A program made the translations under genes and the position numbers. The notes below the pieces were generated by a model that worked only from the letters and a program-made list of their open reading frames with translations, did no database searches and was not told the origin of the DNA. Positions 15,790 through 16,141 of a stretch of DNA of 16,141 bases are shown piece after piece. Positions within the stretch are counted from its first letter, which is position 1. Each line of letters begins with the position of its first letter. Location: NCBI GenBank assembly GCA_019056805.1, contig DXJG01000011.1, forward strand, positions 1 through 16,141, given 5' to 3'. This DNA comes from Candidatus Baldrarchaeota archaeon (GTDB taxonomy: Archaea > Asgardarchaeota > Baldrarchaeia > Baldrarchaeales > DXJG01).

Positions 15790-16141
15790 ATGGAAAAGGA
15801 GGATATATCACCGGATGAGGGTAAGCTACTGGGTAAGGATATACCGCTGGATAAAGAATACAAGGCCATTGAAAACGAAATGAAATGGATCGAGGCATGG
15901 GAGGGGATGGATCTCTACCGCTTCGACTGGGATTCTGAAAAACCCCGCTACATAATCGACACTCCTCCTCCCTACCCAACCGGCTCCTTCCACATTGGCA
16001 ACACGCTGAACTGGTGTTACATCGATTTCATAGCCAGATACAAACGAATGCGTGGATATGAGGTGATGTTCCCGCAGGGATGGGATTGCCATGGATTGCC
16101 GACTGAAGTCAAGGTGGAGGAGAAGCATGGGATAAGCAAGA
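15790..16141 (+). CDS. valS: Valyl-tRNA synthetase, 5' part (runs off the window; absent from the ORF track)
   Basis: Manual translation [94 protein letters not shown]. It has the HIGH-type motif (HIGN) and GWDCHGLP; SD-like AGGGTGAT lies upstream. Confidence 0.93.
   Translation, partial: MEKEDISPDEGKLLGKDIPLDKEYKAIENEMKWIEAWEGMDLYRFDWDSEKPRYIIDTPPPYPTGSFHIGNTLNWCYIDFIARYKRMRGYEVMFPQGWDCHGLPTEVKVEEKHGISK

Noticed and set aside
15603-16128. Minus-strand ORFs 15603..15869, 15776..15979 and 15826..16128
   Set aside because: They are antisense shadows of the FAH 3' end and of the valS frame, which the track missed because it has no stop inside the window.
1-16141. CRISPR array or IS element
   Set aside because: No regularly spaced direct repeats, cas genes or transposase motifs were seen.

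Overview
Archaeal genomic DNA. Positions 1-14,775 look like a low-GC, probably thermophilic archaeon, most likely Asgard (inferred from a receptor-like protein with a cytoplasmic longin-like domain). They form an RNA-maturation-rich neighbourhood: 3' end of 23S rRNA, RNase P RNA, a tsr3-lipS2-lipS1 run, a stand-alone Lrp/AsnC domain, a NodU/CmcH carbamoyltransferase, tiaS and an initiator tRNA-Met. Next come an apparently foreign 1.7-kb segment fused to a frameshifted nucleoside phosphorylase, a 1272-aa surface protein, DGGGP synthase and tRNA-Ile2(CAU). From about 14,780 the GC content and codon usage change abruptly, and an FAH-family hydrolase and an Archaeoglobus-like valS 5' end follow, suggesting a chimeric join or a transferred block at the tRNA. 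The most striking observation is the initiator tRNA. It has two introns, one canonical (37/38) and one at the very unusual 7/8 junction, whose splicing helix uses the acceptor-stem 5' strand itself. A second copy of that 7-nt strand sits 15 nt upstream, at the predicted transcription start, and could act as a placeholder during folding. All calls come from manual reading and motif recall; no searches were run.
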